From: Phycisphaerae bacterium
GTDB taxonomy: Bacteria; Planctomycetota; Phycisphaerae; UBA1845
Assembly (NCBI GenBank): GCA_020056715.1
Contig: JAGVHG010000040.1
Span: 75,920-139,919, forward strand
Direction: 5' to 3'
DNA length: 64,000 nt
The notes beneath the pieces were generated by a model, which was not told the DNA's origin, did no database searches, and worked only from the letters and a program-made list of their open reading frames with translations. Within the stretch, counting starts at the first letter, position 1. Every line of letters begins with the position of its first letter. Positions 1-9,817 of the stretch are shown here, piece by piece. Made by a program: the position numbers and the translations under genes.

Positions 1-341
1 GGCTCACCTCCATCGCCACGGACCCCGACGTGCCGCCCGCAGCGTCCCTCGCGCGGAAGACTCCGCCCGCGTCCGCGACACCGGGCGCACCTGCTCCGGA
101 AAAACCGGCGGTGGTGATCATCGACGCGCCGCGGAAATTACGCATGACCGGCGAGGCCACGGACGCAACCCAGCCTTTGTCCTTCGTCACCAAGCTCAAG
201 GAGAGTCAGGTGTTTCGAGAGGTGACCCTGGAGCGCTCCATCAGCTCCTCGCCCCACGGCTCAAGGACCGTGGGTCTGACCCTGGGGGAGAAAACCGAAG
301 ACGAGTCGAATTTCCGATTCGAACTGATCTGTGAGTGGTGA
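1..341 (+). CDS. PilN-like platform protein, C-terminal fragment (5' end left of window)
   Basis: The frame stays open to the window edge (first listed start is GTG at 30). Stop TGA 339-341 lies 2 nt before the ATG of the next gene. It sits directly upstream of PilO-like, PilP-like and pilin genes. Assignment is by context and by a Pro/Ala linker plus a small C-terminal domain, not by a strong motif. Confidence 0.3.
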   Translation, partial: LTSIATDPDVPPAASLARKTPPASATPGAPAPEKPAVVIIDAPRKLRMTGEATDATQPLSFVTKLKESQVFREVTLERSISSSPHGSRTVGLTLGEKTEDESNFRFELICEW

Positions 342-343
342 TA

Positions 344-916
344 ATGACACGACGCGGCAAGTTACCTCTTCTTCTGCTTGACGTTCTCGGTGCGAGCCTG
401 TTAGGGGCCGGTCTTCTGGCAGCCCTCTGGATGACTTTTTTCCACAACGAACATGCCACTACCGAGCTGCGCGACTTCACCCAGATGGTCTCTTCGGCGA
501 CCCAAAACCTTGCCGCGTTACGCTCCGCCGGGGATGAGCAGCGGGCGACGTTGAAAGAACGACAAGTGGAATTGGCGACCAGCGGACAACTTCCCGCGCA
601 AATCCCCATCGAGGAATATTTCCAAACCTTGTCTCGACTCGCCGGCCTACACCACCTCCGCGTGGTTCGCCACAATCCGTTGGGGCCGCGCAACTATCCG
701 GGCTTGCTCGAGCAACGCTACGCCTACGAGGTGATGGGGAGGGTGGCTGATCTCGCCCGGTTTCTCAGGGCCATCGAGGACGCCGAGTTCTGGGCGGACA
801 TCAGCTATCTCAAGATCGACGGCGGTAAACGTCAGGGCGGTGAACCGACCGACGAGTGTGACGCTTTGCTCACCATCAGCCTTTTCTCCGCCGCCCGTGC
901 GGAGGAGTCGGGGTGA
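344..916 (+). CDS. PilO/GspM-like inner-membrane platform protein
   Basis: Basic N-terminus, one TM helix (LPLLLLDVLGASLLGAGLLAALW), a coiled-coil stretch and a small alpha/beta C-terminal domain (YAYEVMGRVADLARFLRAIED..ISYLKI). ATG 344 is preferred over GTG 335. Confidence 0.5.
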   Translation: MTRRGKLPLLLLDVLGASLLGAGLLAALWMTFFHNEHATTELRDFTQMVSSATQNLAALRSAGDEQRATLKERQVELATSGQLPAQIPIEEYFQTLSRLAGLHHLRVVRHNPLGPRNYPGLLEQRYAYEVMGRVADLARFLRAIEDAEFWADISYLKIDGGKRQGGEPTDECDALLTISLFSAARAEESG

Positions 917-973
917 AACGATCGCGGCAACACTTAAGGGTGTTGCCGCTGTCGCGGGAGCGGATGATCCTTC

Positions 974-1504
974 ATGCAACCGTCCAAAAACAAAATCTAC
1001 ATCGCGTTCATGCTGCTCGGGGGAGCAGCTTTGGTGGTGGACCGATGCGTCTTGACCCCGAGCGTGACCATGCCCGCGAGCGTCGCGGCGTCGGTCGCGG
1101 CGACCGCCCCACCGCCGCCCACGGCGTCCGCTCCGTCTCCCGGCGCGCCGGGATTGGCCATCTTGGAGTTGCCCTTCCCGCGGGCCATCCCGGCCTGGGA
1201 TCCGCAATCCCCAATCCGCGATCTCTTCGCTCCCTTTTCGGACGACGACACGGCCGATAAGCGGCATACGCGGTCGCCGCGGGGCGCCGACGCGGGACAC
1301 GGAACCTGCGCCGGTCTTTTGAGTCAACACCACCTCGAGGCCGTGCTCGTTCAGGAAAGTCTCAAAATAGCGATCTTGGACGGTGCATGGGTGCGGATCG
1401 GCGAGTCGGTCAACGGTTGCGTCCTTACCGAGATCGTCGGCAACAAGGTCCGTTTCCTTTGTCGTGATGGTGACACATGGTTTACCCTATCATCGCGGAA
1501 CTAA
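974..1504 (+). CDS. membrane-anchored PilP/GspC-like protein
   Basis: N-terminal TM helix (IYIAFMLLGGAALVV) and an Ala/Pro-rich linker. The C-terminal beta-rich segment (AILDGAWVRIGESVNGCVLTEIVGNKVRFLCRDG) resembles PilP / GspC-HR domains. Context supports this: it follows the PilO-like gene. Confidence 0.35.
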   Translation: MQPSKNKIYIAFMLLGGAALVVDRCVLTPSVTMPASVAASVAATAPPPPTASAPSPGAPGLAILELPFPRAIPAWDPQSPIRDLFAPFSDDDTADKRHTRSPRGADAGHGTCAGLLSQHHLEAVLVQESLKIAILDGAWVRIGESVNGCVLTEIVGNKVRFLCRDGDTWFTLSSRN

Positions 1505-1619
1505 AGTAACCGCCGTGCGACCACGATAGTTGTAATGTTCGCTGTGTGCGTCTCGCCAGGCGCACGTACTCCCCAGCGGGGTCGGGCGTTGAAACAGGAA
1601 ACCAAGTGAGTAAGCGATT

Positions 1620-2108
1620 ATGAAAGTTCGATCTGGAAAACGTGCCTTCAGTCTCGTCGAGTTGGTCATCGTCGTCGTGATCATCGGGGTGATCGCGGCC
1701 ATCGCGGTTCCACGCATCAGCCGCGGCGCCAAGGGCGCCGGGGAGTCCGCCCTACGCGGCAGCTTGGCCAGTATGCGCAACGCCATCGATATGTACGCCG
1801 CGGAACACGGCGGAACGTTTCCGGGCCCCGATGACACGGAGCTCCTTCGCCAGTTGACCACGAAGACCGACGCCTTCGGCGTCGCGGGCGGCAACTTCGG
1901 ACCGTATCTGCGACGCGGCTTCCCGCCTTGTCCGGTTGGGGTCCGAGCGGGTGACACAGGCGTGATAGTAGCCGCCGCCGTGCCTGCTGTGGCCGAGGGC
2001 ACCGCGGGGAAAGGCTGGGTTTATTCTTCCGCCACCGGAGAGATCATCGTCAACTGTGACGATCCCGACGACAGCGGAGTGGTCACGAATACCTACGACA
2101 AGTATTAG
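1620..2108 (+). CDS. type IV pilin / pseudopilin (prepilin N-terminal methylation motif)
   Basis: KRAFSLVELVIVVVIIGVIAAIAVP is a class III signal peptide with Glu5 and a hydrophobic alpha1 helix. The protein is 162 aa. Confidence 0.85.
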   Translation: MKVRSGKRAFSLVELVIVVVIIGVIAAIAVPRISRGAKGAGESALRGSLASMRNAIDMYAAEHGGTFPGPDDTELLRQLTTKTDAFGVAGGNFGPYLRRGFPPCPVGVRAGDTGVIVAAAVPAVAEGTAGKGWVYSSATGEIIVNCDDPDDSGVVTNTYDKY

Positions 2109-2190
2109 CAACGGCGGCCCTATCACGCCGAAACGCGAACCGGCTTTCTCGGTCCCCGAAGTGGGAGCGCGAAAGCCGGTTTTTTCGCAC

Positions 2191-3876
2191 CTACGACGGC
2201 CCAGGCCCGTGGGTCTTGTCGCTGTCGGCCAACCGAACGTGGACCGCGGGCAGCATGACGTGAAACGTCGTACCCTCGCCGACCACGCTTTCGACCTCAA
2301 TCACCCCATTGAGTTCGCTGACGATTTTTTTCGCCGCCGCCAGACCCAGCCCCGTTCCCCCATGACCCTTGGAGGAGTGGAAAGCGTCGAAGATGCGGTC
2401 CCGTTCATCCGGTGGAATACCAGGACCGTTATCGCCGATCGAAAACATTACCCGTGCCTCCGACCCTCCCACACGCTGGGGCTGATACTTGGTGGAGATG
2501 TTCACCCGACCGCCCATGGCCGGGGCGGCCTCGATGGCGTTGAGGATTATGTTGTGGGCCACTTGTTGCATCCCCTCAGGATCCAGCGGAATCGCCGGCA
2601 TCTCCTCCAGGTCGGTGAGGATCATCACCCCGTGCTCATCTCCACGACCCTGCACGAGGGCGATCACGTCTTCGACGATCTTATTAAGCTGCGCCATCTC
2701 GATCTTCGGAGCTCGATCTTTGCTGAACGTAAGCATGTTCATCGCCAAGATGTAGATGCGATCGAGGTTGCGGCGTACCATAGCCCATCCGGATTTGATC
2801 GTCTCCACGGTCTGCCGGTTCATTCCCAGTTCGACGACTTCGGCCCCGCCCTGCATCCCTTGAACGATGTTTCGAATATGGTGGGAGAGGTAGGCGACGG
2901 CTTCGCCCGCCGCGGCCAGCCGCTCGGTCTGCACGCGAGACTCCAACAGTCGTTGATTCTCAATGGCCATGCCCGCCAATCGTCCGATGGCGACGGCCAA
3001 GCGCAGTTGTTCTTGCGTATAGGTGTGGTGCGACATCGAGCAATCGAGGTGGAAAACGCCGTGAATCTTGTCGCGGGCGGTGATCGGCACGCAGATGATG
3101 CTTCGAAGACCCAAGCGGTGGATGCTGTCTTGTTTGCTTTCCGCGGTGAAGCGGTCGTCGGTCATCGCGTTCGCGCACAGCACCCCCTCTCTGGTCTTCA
3201 AAACGTGGTTGATGATCGTCCGTGAGGTTACGATCTTCGGACGACGTGCCTTGTCTCGGCTCCGGTAGCGGACCACTTGGGGGGTGAGCTTCGATCCCTC
3301 TTCCGCGCCCATCAACAGCACCAGGTGATCCACGATCAAGTGCTCGAATAGGATATCCGCCACCCGCTCCAGGAACGCCTCGACCGACTCGATCGCCCCG
3401 ATCGCATCCGCGATCTTGTAGACCACGTTCCAGGCCACCACCGCGTCCGCCGTCTCCGGCGGTTGAAGGATGACGCTCTCCTCCGACGCGTCCACCTTGG
3501 TGAGGATCGAGGATCCACCCTTGGAGGGCGATATGTCGAAGTCCACCAGGTCGCGGATCATCTCCGGACCGCTGAACGCTTCTACATGTTCCTGTCCGGT
3601 GAACACTAATAATGTGCTGCCCACTTTGATTTGATCGCCGTGTCGCAGGAGCGTCGGACTGACCACCCGCTGTCCGTTGAGGTACGTCCCGTTGGAGCTG
3701 TTCAAATCGAGAAGCAGCCACGAGCCGTTGTTGGGGCGGATTTCCGCGTGTCGGCGTGAGGCGGTGTGGTCGGAGAGGTTAATCTGGTCGGACGATCGCC
3801 CGATGACCGCAGGCTCGTCCGGCGTTTGATACGTCCGGCCCTTATCCGGGCCTTGCAAAACATGCAGCGTAGGCAC
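2191..3876 (-). CDS. FHA-GAF sensor histidine kinase
   Basis: N-terminal FHA domain (GRSSDQINLSDHTASRRHAEI..NSSNGTYLNG), central GAF-like region, H-box LSHHIRN, and HATPase_c boxes DNGPGI and GTGLGLAAAKKIV. Confidence 0.85.
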   Translation of the reverse strand: MPTLHVLQGPDKGRTYQTPDEPAVIGRSSDQINLSDHTASRRHAEIRPNNGSWLLLDLNSSNGTYLNGQRVVSPTLLRHGDQIKVGSTLLVFTGQEHVEAFSGPEMIRDLVDFDISPSKGGSSILTKVDASEESVILQPPETADAVVAWNVVYKIADAIGAIESVEAFLERVADILFEHLIVDHLVLLMGAEEGSKLTPQVVRYRSRDKARRPKIVTSRTIINHVLKTREGVLCANAMTDDRFTAESKQDSIHRLGLRSIICVPITARDKIHGVFHLDCSMSHHTYTQEQLRLAVAIGRLAGMAIENQRLLESRVQTERLAAAGEAVAYLSHHIRNIVQGMQGGAEVVELGMNRQTVETIKSGWAMVRRNLDRIYILAMNMLTFSKDRAPKIEMAQLNKIVEDVIALVQGRGDEHGVMILTDLEEMPAIPLDPEGMQQVAHNIILNAIEAAPAMGGRVNISTKYQPQRVGGSEARVMFSIGDNGPGIPPDERDRIFDAFHSSKGHGGTGLGLAAAKKIVSELNGVIEVESVVGEGTTFHVMLPAVHVRLADSDKTHGPGPS

Positions 3877-4106
3877 GTAGAATGCTCCCGCGTGGGAATC
3901 TGCCTCAATTCGTGTTAGCCCGAACTAATCTGCACCGTTCGGGCAGCCCAACCGGGTGAACTGACGGCAGCACCAACGCCCGTGAGCGTTGGTGCGAACA
4001 TTCAGCAACACCCTTTTCTCATCCACGACGCGTAGCGAAGATCATAGCGGGTTCCTCGTCCGATGTCAATTCCCAAGCCGATGCCCTTGAACCGCTGAAC
4101 CGCTGG

Positions 4107-4135
4107 TTGACGATGCGGAGTCGTATTTCTAACAT
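4107..4135 (+). promoter_or_regulatory. candidate sigma70-type promoter for the ferritin gene
   Basis: TTGACG, 17 nt, TAACAT about 60 nt upstream of the ATG. A strong SD (GAAGGAGG) lies at about 4173-4180. Confidence 0.25.
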
Positions 4136-4194
4136 GGACTTCCGGCTTCACGCGAAACCGGTTAAGGAACCCTGGTAGAAGGAGGACTCGCAAT

Positions 4195-4692
4195 ATGATG
4201 ATTTCCACGACGATGAACGCCAAACTCAACGATCAGATCGGGGCTGAGTTCGCCGCGGCCCATGCTTATCTGGCGATGGCCTGCGATTTTGACCGAATGG
4301 CCCTCAAGGCCCTCGCCAAACGGTTTCTCAAGCAACACGACGAGGAATGCGAGCACGCCATGAAGATTTTGCACTACGTGCAAGAGGTCGGCGGGACGGT
4401 GTCGCTCGATGCCATCGCTAAACCGAAAAAGGATTACAAGAACATGGAGGCGATCGTGAGCACCGCTTTGCAAAACGAACTGGACATCACCGCCAAGATC
4501 AACGACCTGATGACCCTCGCGGAATCCGAGAAGGACTACGCCACGCGCAGCTTCTTGCAGTGGTTCGTCGACGAACAGGTGGAGGAAGTCTCCAGCATGA
4601 CCGACCTGCTCAACATCGTGAAGCTCGCCGGCGAAAACATGCTCCAGGTGGAGTCCTTGGTTCGGCATCAGATGCTCGCTGAAAAAAGCTGA
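4195..4692 (+). CDS. ftn: ferritin (non-heme, Ftn-type)
   Basis: Full-length ferritin-like four-helix pattern with ferroxidase ligands ([19 protein letters not shown]). Preceded by a strong SD. Confidence 0.9.
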   Translation: MMISTTMNAKLNDQIGAEFAAAHAYLAMACDFDRMALKALAKRFLKQHDEECEHAMKILHYVQEVGGTVSLDAIAKPKKDYKNMEAIVSTALQNELDITAKINDLMTLAESEKDYATRSFLQWFVDEQVEEVSSMTDLLNIVKLAGENMLQVESLVRHQMLAEKS

Positions 4693-4716
4693 AAAGTCGA
4701 AACGTCAAAACGTCAA
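4693..4716. repeat. tandem octamer repeat (AAAGTCGA AACGTCAA AACGTCAA)
   Basis: Period-8 A-rich repeat immediately after the ferritin stop. It is related (as reverse complement) to the TCGACTTT/TCGGCGTT units at 14869-14892. Confidence 0.6.
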
Positions 4717-4757
4717 AAAGAGTGACGGTACGCTCTACTCGAACCCACAGGTTTCCT

Positions 4758-5816
4758 ATGTCTCAAGGCGCGGTTGTTGATCTTCGAAGTGATACCGTCA
4801 CCCGACCTTCGCCGGGGATGCGCAAGGCCATGGCCGATGCCGAGGTCGGCGACGACGTCTTCGGCGACGACCCCACGGTCAATCGTTTGCAGGAGCGGGT
4901 CGCCCAACTGCTCGGCAAAGAGGCCGCGATCTATGTTGCTTCCGGCTCGATGGCCAACCAGACCGCCATTCGCTCCCAGACCCAGCCCGGCGACGAGATC
5001 ATCGCCCACGCCGACAGCCACATTTACCACTACGAAGCCGGCGCTCCGGCGGGGCTGTCTGGTTGTTCGATGCGCTTGCTCACCGGCCCGCGCGGCACGT
5101 TCGACGCCGCCGCCGTGCGCGCCGCCATCCGTCCGACCGACTCCCATTTTCCTCAGTCCGCATTGATCGTCGTTGAGAATACCCACAACCGCGGCGGGGG
5201 GACTTGCTGGTCCATCGACGAAATCGCCCGGATTCGCGGAGTTGCCGACGAGTTTCGCGTGCGGATGCACCTTGACGGGGCGAGGCTGATGAACGCCTGC
5301 GTGGCCAAGGGGCACTCGCCCACGCAATACACCAAGTATTTCGACACCGTCTCGATGTGCTTTTCCAAAGGACTGGGCGCGCCGGTCGGCTCCGCGGTGG
5401 CTGGGACCAAGGAGACCATCAAGCGCGTGCATCGTTTCCGCAAGATGTTCGGCGGCGGCATGCGCCAGGCCGGGATCATCGCCGCGGCGGCCCTGTACGC
5501 CCTCGACCATAACATCGACCGCCTCGCCGAGGACCATGCCAACGCCAAACGCCTCGCCTCGGCCATCGCCGACATGCCCGGCGTATCCATCGACGTGGAG
5601 GCCGTGGAGACGAACATCCTCTACGTCGATGTAAACGAATCCACCGGGTCGGCCAAGTCCGTTTGCGACGCCCTGCGCGAGCATCAGGTCTGGGTCATCC
5701 CCACCGCCCCGCAACGCTTCCGCGCGGTGACGCACCTCGACGTCTCCGCCGAGGCCATCGACCGCGCCATCGCCGCTCTGAAGCGCGTGCTCTCTTCCAG
5801 CGGAAACCGCGTATAA
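4758..5816 (+). CDS. ltaE: low-specificity L-threonine aldolase
   Basis: [29 protein letters not shown], with the PLP-lysine motif [14 protein letters not shown] 4758 is preferred over the ORF-track start at 4722. Confidence 0.85.
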   Translation: MSQGAVVDLRSDTVTRPSPGMRKAMADAEVGDDVFGDDPTVNRLQERVAQLLGKEAAIYVASGSMANQTAIRSQTQPGDEIIAHADSHIYHYEAGAPAGLSGCSMRLLTGPRGTFDAAAVRAAIRPTDSHFPQSALIVVENTHNRGGGTCWSIDEIARIRGVADEFRVRMHLDGARLMNACVAKGHSPTQYTKYFDTVSMCFSKGLGAPVGSAVAGTKETIKRVHRFRKMFGGGMRQAGIIAAAALYALDHNIDRLAEDHANAKRLASAIADMPGVSIDVEAVETNILYVDVNESTGSAKSVCDALREHQVWVIPTAPQRFRAVTHLDVSAEAIDRAIAALKRVLSSSGNRV

Positions 5817-5823
5817 TCGACCA

Positions 5824-7740
5824 ATGGCCGCTGTTGTCATTCAGGGTGTCACCAAGCAGTTCGGCACGCAGATGGTGCTGGAAAACGCCTCGTTGGAGTT
5901 GAACTCCGGGGAGACGGTGGGGCTGGTCGGGGCCAACGGCACCGGCAAGACCACACTCTTTCGACTCATCGTCCGTGAATTCGAGCCTGATCTCGGCACC
6001 ATCACCCGCGCTCGCGGCGTGGAGATCGGCTACCTCAAACAGGAACCGGCCGTCGTGCTCGACCGCACCCTGCACGAGGAAGTCGGCAGCGTCTTCGCCG
6101 ACCTTCTCGTTTTGGAGGGGAAGCTCCACGCGGTCGCGGACCAGATTGCCCACAGCCACGACGATCCCATCCTGCCGCAATTGATGGAAACGTACGATCG
6201 GATTAATACCCAGTTCATCGCGGCGGGCGGCCACACCTTCGAGACGCGACTGAATGAAATCCTCGGCGGACTCGGGTTTTCCATGTCCGACAACATCCTG
6301 CCGATGTCCGCGCTTTCCGGCGGGCAGCGCTGCCGGGCGGCGCTGGCGAAGTTGCTCCTCGAAGACAAACCGCTGTTGCTGCTCGACGAGCCGACGAACC
6401 ATCTGGACATCGACGCCGTCCGCTGGTTGGAAAAATTCCTCACCGGACATCGCGGCGGAGCGGTGGTCATCTCCCACGACCGCTATCTCCTGGACCGATT
6501 GTGCGAGCGCATTGTCGAGGTCGCCAACCGGCGGATGGCGAGTTTCCCCGGCAACTACACGAACTATGCCCAGACGAAGGCCATGCGCGAGCTTACGCAG
6601 GAGCGCGACTTTGAAAAGCACTCGGAGTTCATCACCAAGGAGCGGGCCTTCATCGCCAAACACCTCGCCGGGCAGCGCAGTCAACAGGCCAAGGGCCGGC
6701 GAACCCGGCTCGAACGGCAGCTCAAGGACGGCGAGCTGGTCACCCAGGCCCCAACCTCCAAGCGACAGGCCAAGATCGCTTTCACGACCAAGGATGCCAA
6801 AGAAGGAACCATTCTCCGCTGCGACGATTTGTCGATGGCCTACGGCGACAATCGGCTCTTCAGCGATCTTGGCTTTCAGATCGCGGGCGGCGATCGACTG
6901 GGTATCACCGGCCCCAACGGCACGGGAAAAACTACGCTGCTCAAGATTCTCCTTGGCGAAGTGACCGCCACCAGCGGTTCGTTTGAGCTCGCTCCGCGAC
7001 TTCGCGTCGGCTATTACTCGCAGGACCACGCCGGTCTCGACCCGAAGCGAACCATCGTTGACGAAATCCGCTCCGTTCGTCCGGAGTTCAGCGAACAAAA
7101 CGCCCGCTCGTTCCTCGGACGGTTCCTGTTCACCGGCAATGATGCTTTTAAGCCGCTCGGGGCGCTTTCCGGCGGTGAGCAGTCCCGCGTTCGGCTCGCG
7201 TCATTGATGCTCACCGGCCCCGATCTGCTGGTGTTGGATGAACCGACCAATCATCTCGACATTCCCTCGCGCGAGGTGCTTGAGGAAGCTCTTCGCGAGT
7301 TCAACGGCACGATCATCGCCGTCAGTCACGACCGATACTTCCTCGATCGCGTGGTCAACCGCCTGTTGGTTATTCGTCCCGAAGGGCACGCTCTCTATGA
7401 GGGCAATTACTCATTCTACATCGAACAGGTTGAGCACAAGCGTGCCGCGGACAAGGCCGCGTCCGCGCCGCCGCGAAAGAAAAAGACAAAAGGGAAATCG
7501 ACCGCCTCGGCCAAAGCGAAACCATCCCGATCGCCCTATGACCATCTTTCTCTCGGAGATTTGGAAGGACTGGTCATGAAGAAAGAGGTGCAACTGGCGG
7601 GCTTGCAGGAGAGGTTCGGTGATCCCGCCGTGTGCAAGGATCCCGAAGCCTTGGCCGAACTTCAGGAAGAGTTCGAAACCGTTTCTCAGGAACTGGCCGC
7701 TATCGATGAGGCTTGGCGGGAACGCGCCGATGCACAGTAG
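5824..7740 (+). CDS. ABC-F family ATPase (Uup/YheS-like, no TM domain)
   Basis: Two ABC cassettes: Walker A GANGTGKTT and GPNGTGKTT, signatures LSGGQRCR and LSGGEQSR. It has a Lys/Ala-rich coiled-coil C-terminus. Confidence 0.9.
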   Translation: MAAVVIQGVTKQFGTQMVLENASLELNSGETVGLVGANGTGKTTLFRLIVREFEPDLGTITRARGVEIGYLKQEPAVVLDRTLHEEVGSVFADLLVLEGKLHAVADQIAHSHDDPILPQLMETYDRINTQFIAAGGHTFETRLNEILGGLGFSMSDNILPMSALSGGQRCRAALAKLLLEDKPLLLLDEPTNHLDIDAVRWLEKFLTGHRGGAVVISHDRYLLDRLCERIVEVANRRMASFPGNYTNYAQTKAMRELTQERDFEKHSEFITKERAFIAKHLAGQRSQQAKGRRTRLERQLKDGELVTQAPTSKRQAKIAFTTKDAKEGTILRCDDLSMAYGDNRLFSDLGFQIAGGDRLGITGPNGTGKTTLLKILLGEVTATSGSFELAPRLRVGYYSQDHAGLDPKRTIVDEIRSVRPEFSEQNARSFLGRFLFTGNDAFKPLGALSGGEQSRVRLASLMLTGPDLLVLDEPTNHLDIPSREVLEEALREFNGTIIAVSHDRYFLDRVVNRLLVIRPEGHALYEGNYSFYIEQVEHKRAADKAASAPPRKKKTKGKSTASAKAKPSRSPYDHLSLGDLEGLVMKKEVQLAGLQERFGDPAVCKDPEALAELQEEFETVSQELAAIDEAWRERADAQ

Positions 7741-8671
7741 TTCCTCCTTGTCGCCCCCATCGCCGCTCGTCTTCACGCCTATCGAGCTTCCGAACGGCGT
7801 TCGCGGCGAGGTTCTCTCGGTGTGTCGGGTTCCCCGGCCTGGCCTTCCCGCGATCCTGCCCTCCGCCGACGTCTGGCGTCCGTTGTTAGCGCAGCTTGTC
7901 GCCGATCCCGCACTACTGCCGGGCTATTCGGTGCTGAAGTATTCCAAGAATGGCGAAGTTTTTCGTGCGCGATTCGGCGGAGGAGATGACCAACCACATG
8001 ACGTGGTCTGCCGGTTCAGTCGCTCCGACGGCAGGGGAGCCTCCCTTCTCAAACGACCTTCCCGCGCGCAGCGAAACCTTCGTCGCGCGGTGCGATTGCT
8101 GCACGTCGGGGTCGATACCGCCATACCCCTGGCCCGGATCGAGCGTACCACAGCCCCAAGATCATCCTGGTTGGTGACCGAGTTCGTCGCCGATGTCGTC
8201 GATCTCGATCAGATCGTTCTGACGCTTCTATCGCACCTGGATCGAAGGGCTTTGCGCAAAGTGAAGGCGGCTTTATCGGAGGCCCTTGTTGAGCTTTTCA
8301 CCCGTCTTGATGACGCTCGGCTTTATCACCGTGACCTCAAGGCCTCCAACATCCTGATCACTCACTGGGACGGCCGCGAAGGCCCGGTCGGGACGATGCT
8401 GGTCGACCTCGACGGTCTTCACCATCGCCGTTGGTGGACTGCTCGCCGGCGATGGCAGCCGCTGGTCCGCGTAGCCGCCAGCTTGCGAGATTATCCGGCA
8501 CTCTGCCGAACCGACTTCGCTCGATTTCTTCAACGATATCTCTCTCGCGTCGGCATTCCGACGGCGAACTGGAAAGCACATTATCGCCGCCTCGCCCGTA
8601 ATGCGATCGACTACGCTAGACGATCGCAGCTTCGTAAGGCGCATAAGCTCGACGGGTTCACCGGGTCTTAG
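7730..8671 (+). CDS. lipopolysaccharide-kinase (Kdo/WaaP)-family protein kinase-like protein
   Basis: Catalytic loop YHRDLKASNILI and LVDLDG. ATG 7730 overlaps the ABC-F stop. It is followed by glycosyltransferase and MsbA-like genes. Confidence 0.6.
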   Translation: MHSSSSLSPPSPLVFTPIELPNGVRGEVLSVCRVPRPGLPAILPSADVWRPLLAQLVADPALLPGYSVLKYSKNGEVFRARFGGGDDQPHDVVCRFSRSDGRGASLLKRPSRAQRNLRRAVRLLHVGVDTAIPLARIERTTAPRSSWLVTEFVADVVDLDQIVLTLLSHLDRRALRKVKAALSEALVELFTRLDDARLYHRDLKASNILITHWDGREGPVGTMLVDLDGLHHRRWWTARRRWQPLVRVAASLRDYPALCRTDFARFLQRYLSRVGIPTANWKAHYRRLARNAIDYARRSQLRKAHKLDGFTGS

Positions 8672-8731
8672 ACCAAACTTCCGTCCGCCAACTCGCAGGT
8701 CGTGGCACAGTGAGATATAATCGCCGCGCGA

Positions 8732-9757
8732 ATGTCCCTAGTCATTCTTCATGTGCTGGAGTCAATGAATCCCGACGCAGGATCGGTAGCGGTCTGCCTG
8801 GGCGGGTTGCACGATGCGTTGGCATCTCGCGGCCTGCAATCCAAGTCCGTCGCGTCGCTCGCGGACGTAACACATGCTCTCCACGGCGTGGACATCGTTC
8901 ACATCCACGGTTGGGGCTACGAACTTGCCCATCGAATCGCGGCACTCGCCTTGAGGGCCGGCAAACCGTACGTCGTAAGTCCTCACGGTTCCTTGACATT
9001 CGGTCCACACAACAGACCAACGTGGAAAAACCGCCTCCGCTTCGTGTGGCGATGTCGTCGGCTGGTTCGCGAGGCCGCATGCGTCATCGCGATCAATCCG
9101 CAAGAGGAACACGATCTCAAATCCCGGCGTATCCATCCGCGCATCCGCTTGTTGCCCTATGGATTGAGCTTCGACGAATACACTGGAACCCCATCGGGCA
9201 GAGGCGTCCATCCATCCGCGAACCGTTCTCTGTTGATGCTCGGCCCGCTTCATCCGCGCGGCGGGTGCGTCGCGTTGCTCAAGGCGATCGCCGAGATCGG
9301 ACCGGATGCCAACGGCTGGAATGTTGTCTTGGCCGGCAAGGACAACGGTGAATGGCGGAAGATGCTCGAGTCCGCCGTCCGTCGTAAGAAAAGCGAAGAT
9401 CGAGTGACCTTCGCCGAAGCCTGCACAGTGGCCCAGCAGCGCGCCCTGCTTGCCGGTGCATCGTTGGTCGCGTCGCCGGGCTTGCACATCGGCCTGTCCG
9501 TGTCGATCATGCAGGCCGTGGCGAGCGGAGTTCCGGTGATTGCCTCGACCTGTACCGCTCCACCGGGGCTTGATTGCGCCATCCAGGTGTTTGCACCGCG
9601 TCGAGAAGAGCTTCGCGAGGCTCTGCGGTCGGTCTTGAGGATACCCGACGAGTCCCGTCGCGCGATGGGCGAGAAGGCCCGCACCATGGGTCGCGCGGTG
9701 TTCGATTGGTCGGTCCTTGCGGATCAATACGTCCAGCTTTACAAGAGCATCGCCTGA
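8732..9757 (+). CDS. glycosyltransferase family 4 (GT-B fold)
   Basis: N-terminal GG..HDALASRG and HIHGW pattern. The C-terminal segment ASPGLHIGLSVSIMQAVASGVPVIAS is typical of group-1 glycosyltransferases. Confidence 0.75.
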   Translation: MSLVILHVLESMNPDAGSVAVCLGGLHDALASRGLQSKSVASLADVTHALHGVDIVHIHGWGYELAHRIAALALRAGKPYVVSPHGSLTFGPHNRPTWKNRLRFVWRCRRLVREAACVIAINPQEEHDLKSRRIHPRIRLLPYGLSFDEYTGTPSGRGVHPSANRSLLMLGPLHPRGGCVALLKAIAEIGPDANGWNVVLAGKDNGEWRKMLESAVRRKKSEDRVTFAEACTVAQQRALLAGASLVASPGLHIGLSVSIMQAVASGVPVIASTCTAPPGLDCAIQVFAPRREELREALRSVLRIPDESRRAMGEKARTMGRAVFDWSVLADQYVQLYKSIA

Positions 9758-9817
9758 ACGGATTCGTACACGAACCGCGGGTCGAAATGAACCTCCTACG
9801 TTCGTTGTCATAAACCC

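Noticed and set aside
4713-5840. 375-aa ORF on the minus strand
   Set aside because: It is antisense to the clearly recognisable threonine aldolase gene. Its product is Gly/Ala/Arg/Val-rich with no motifs, which is typical of a shadow ORF in high-GC DNA.
5695-7098. 467-aa ORF on the minus strand
   Set aside because: It is antisense to the ABC-F ATPase gene, has no recognisable domains, and looks like a high-GC artefact.
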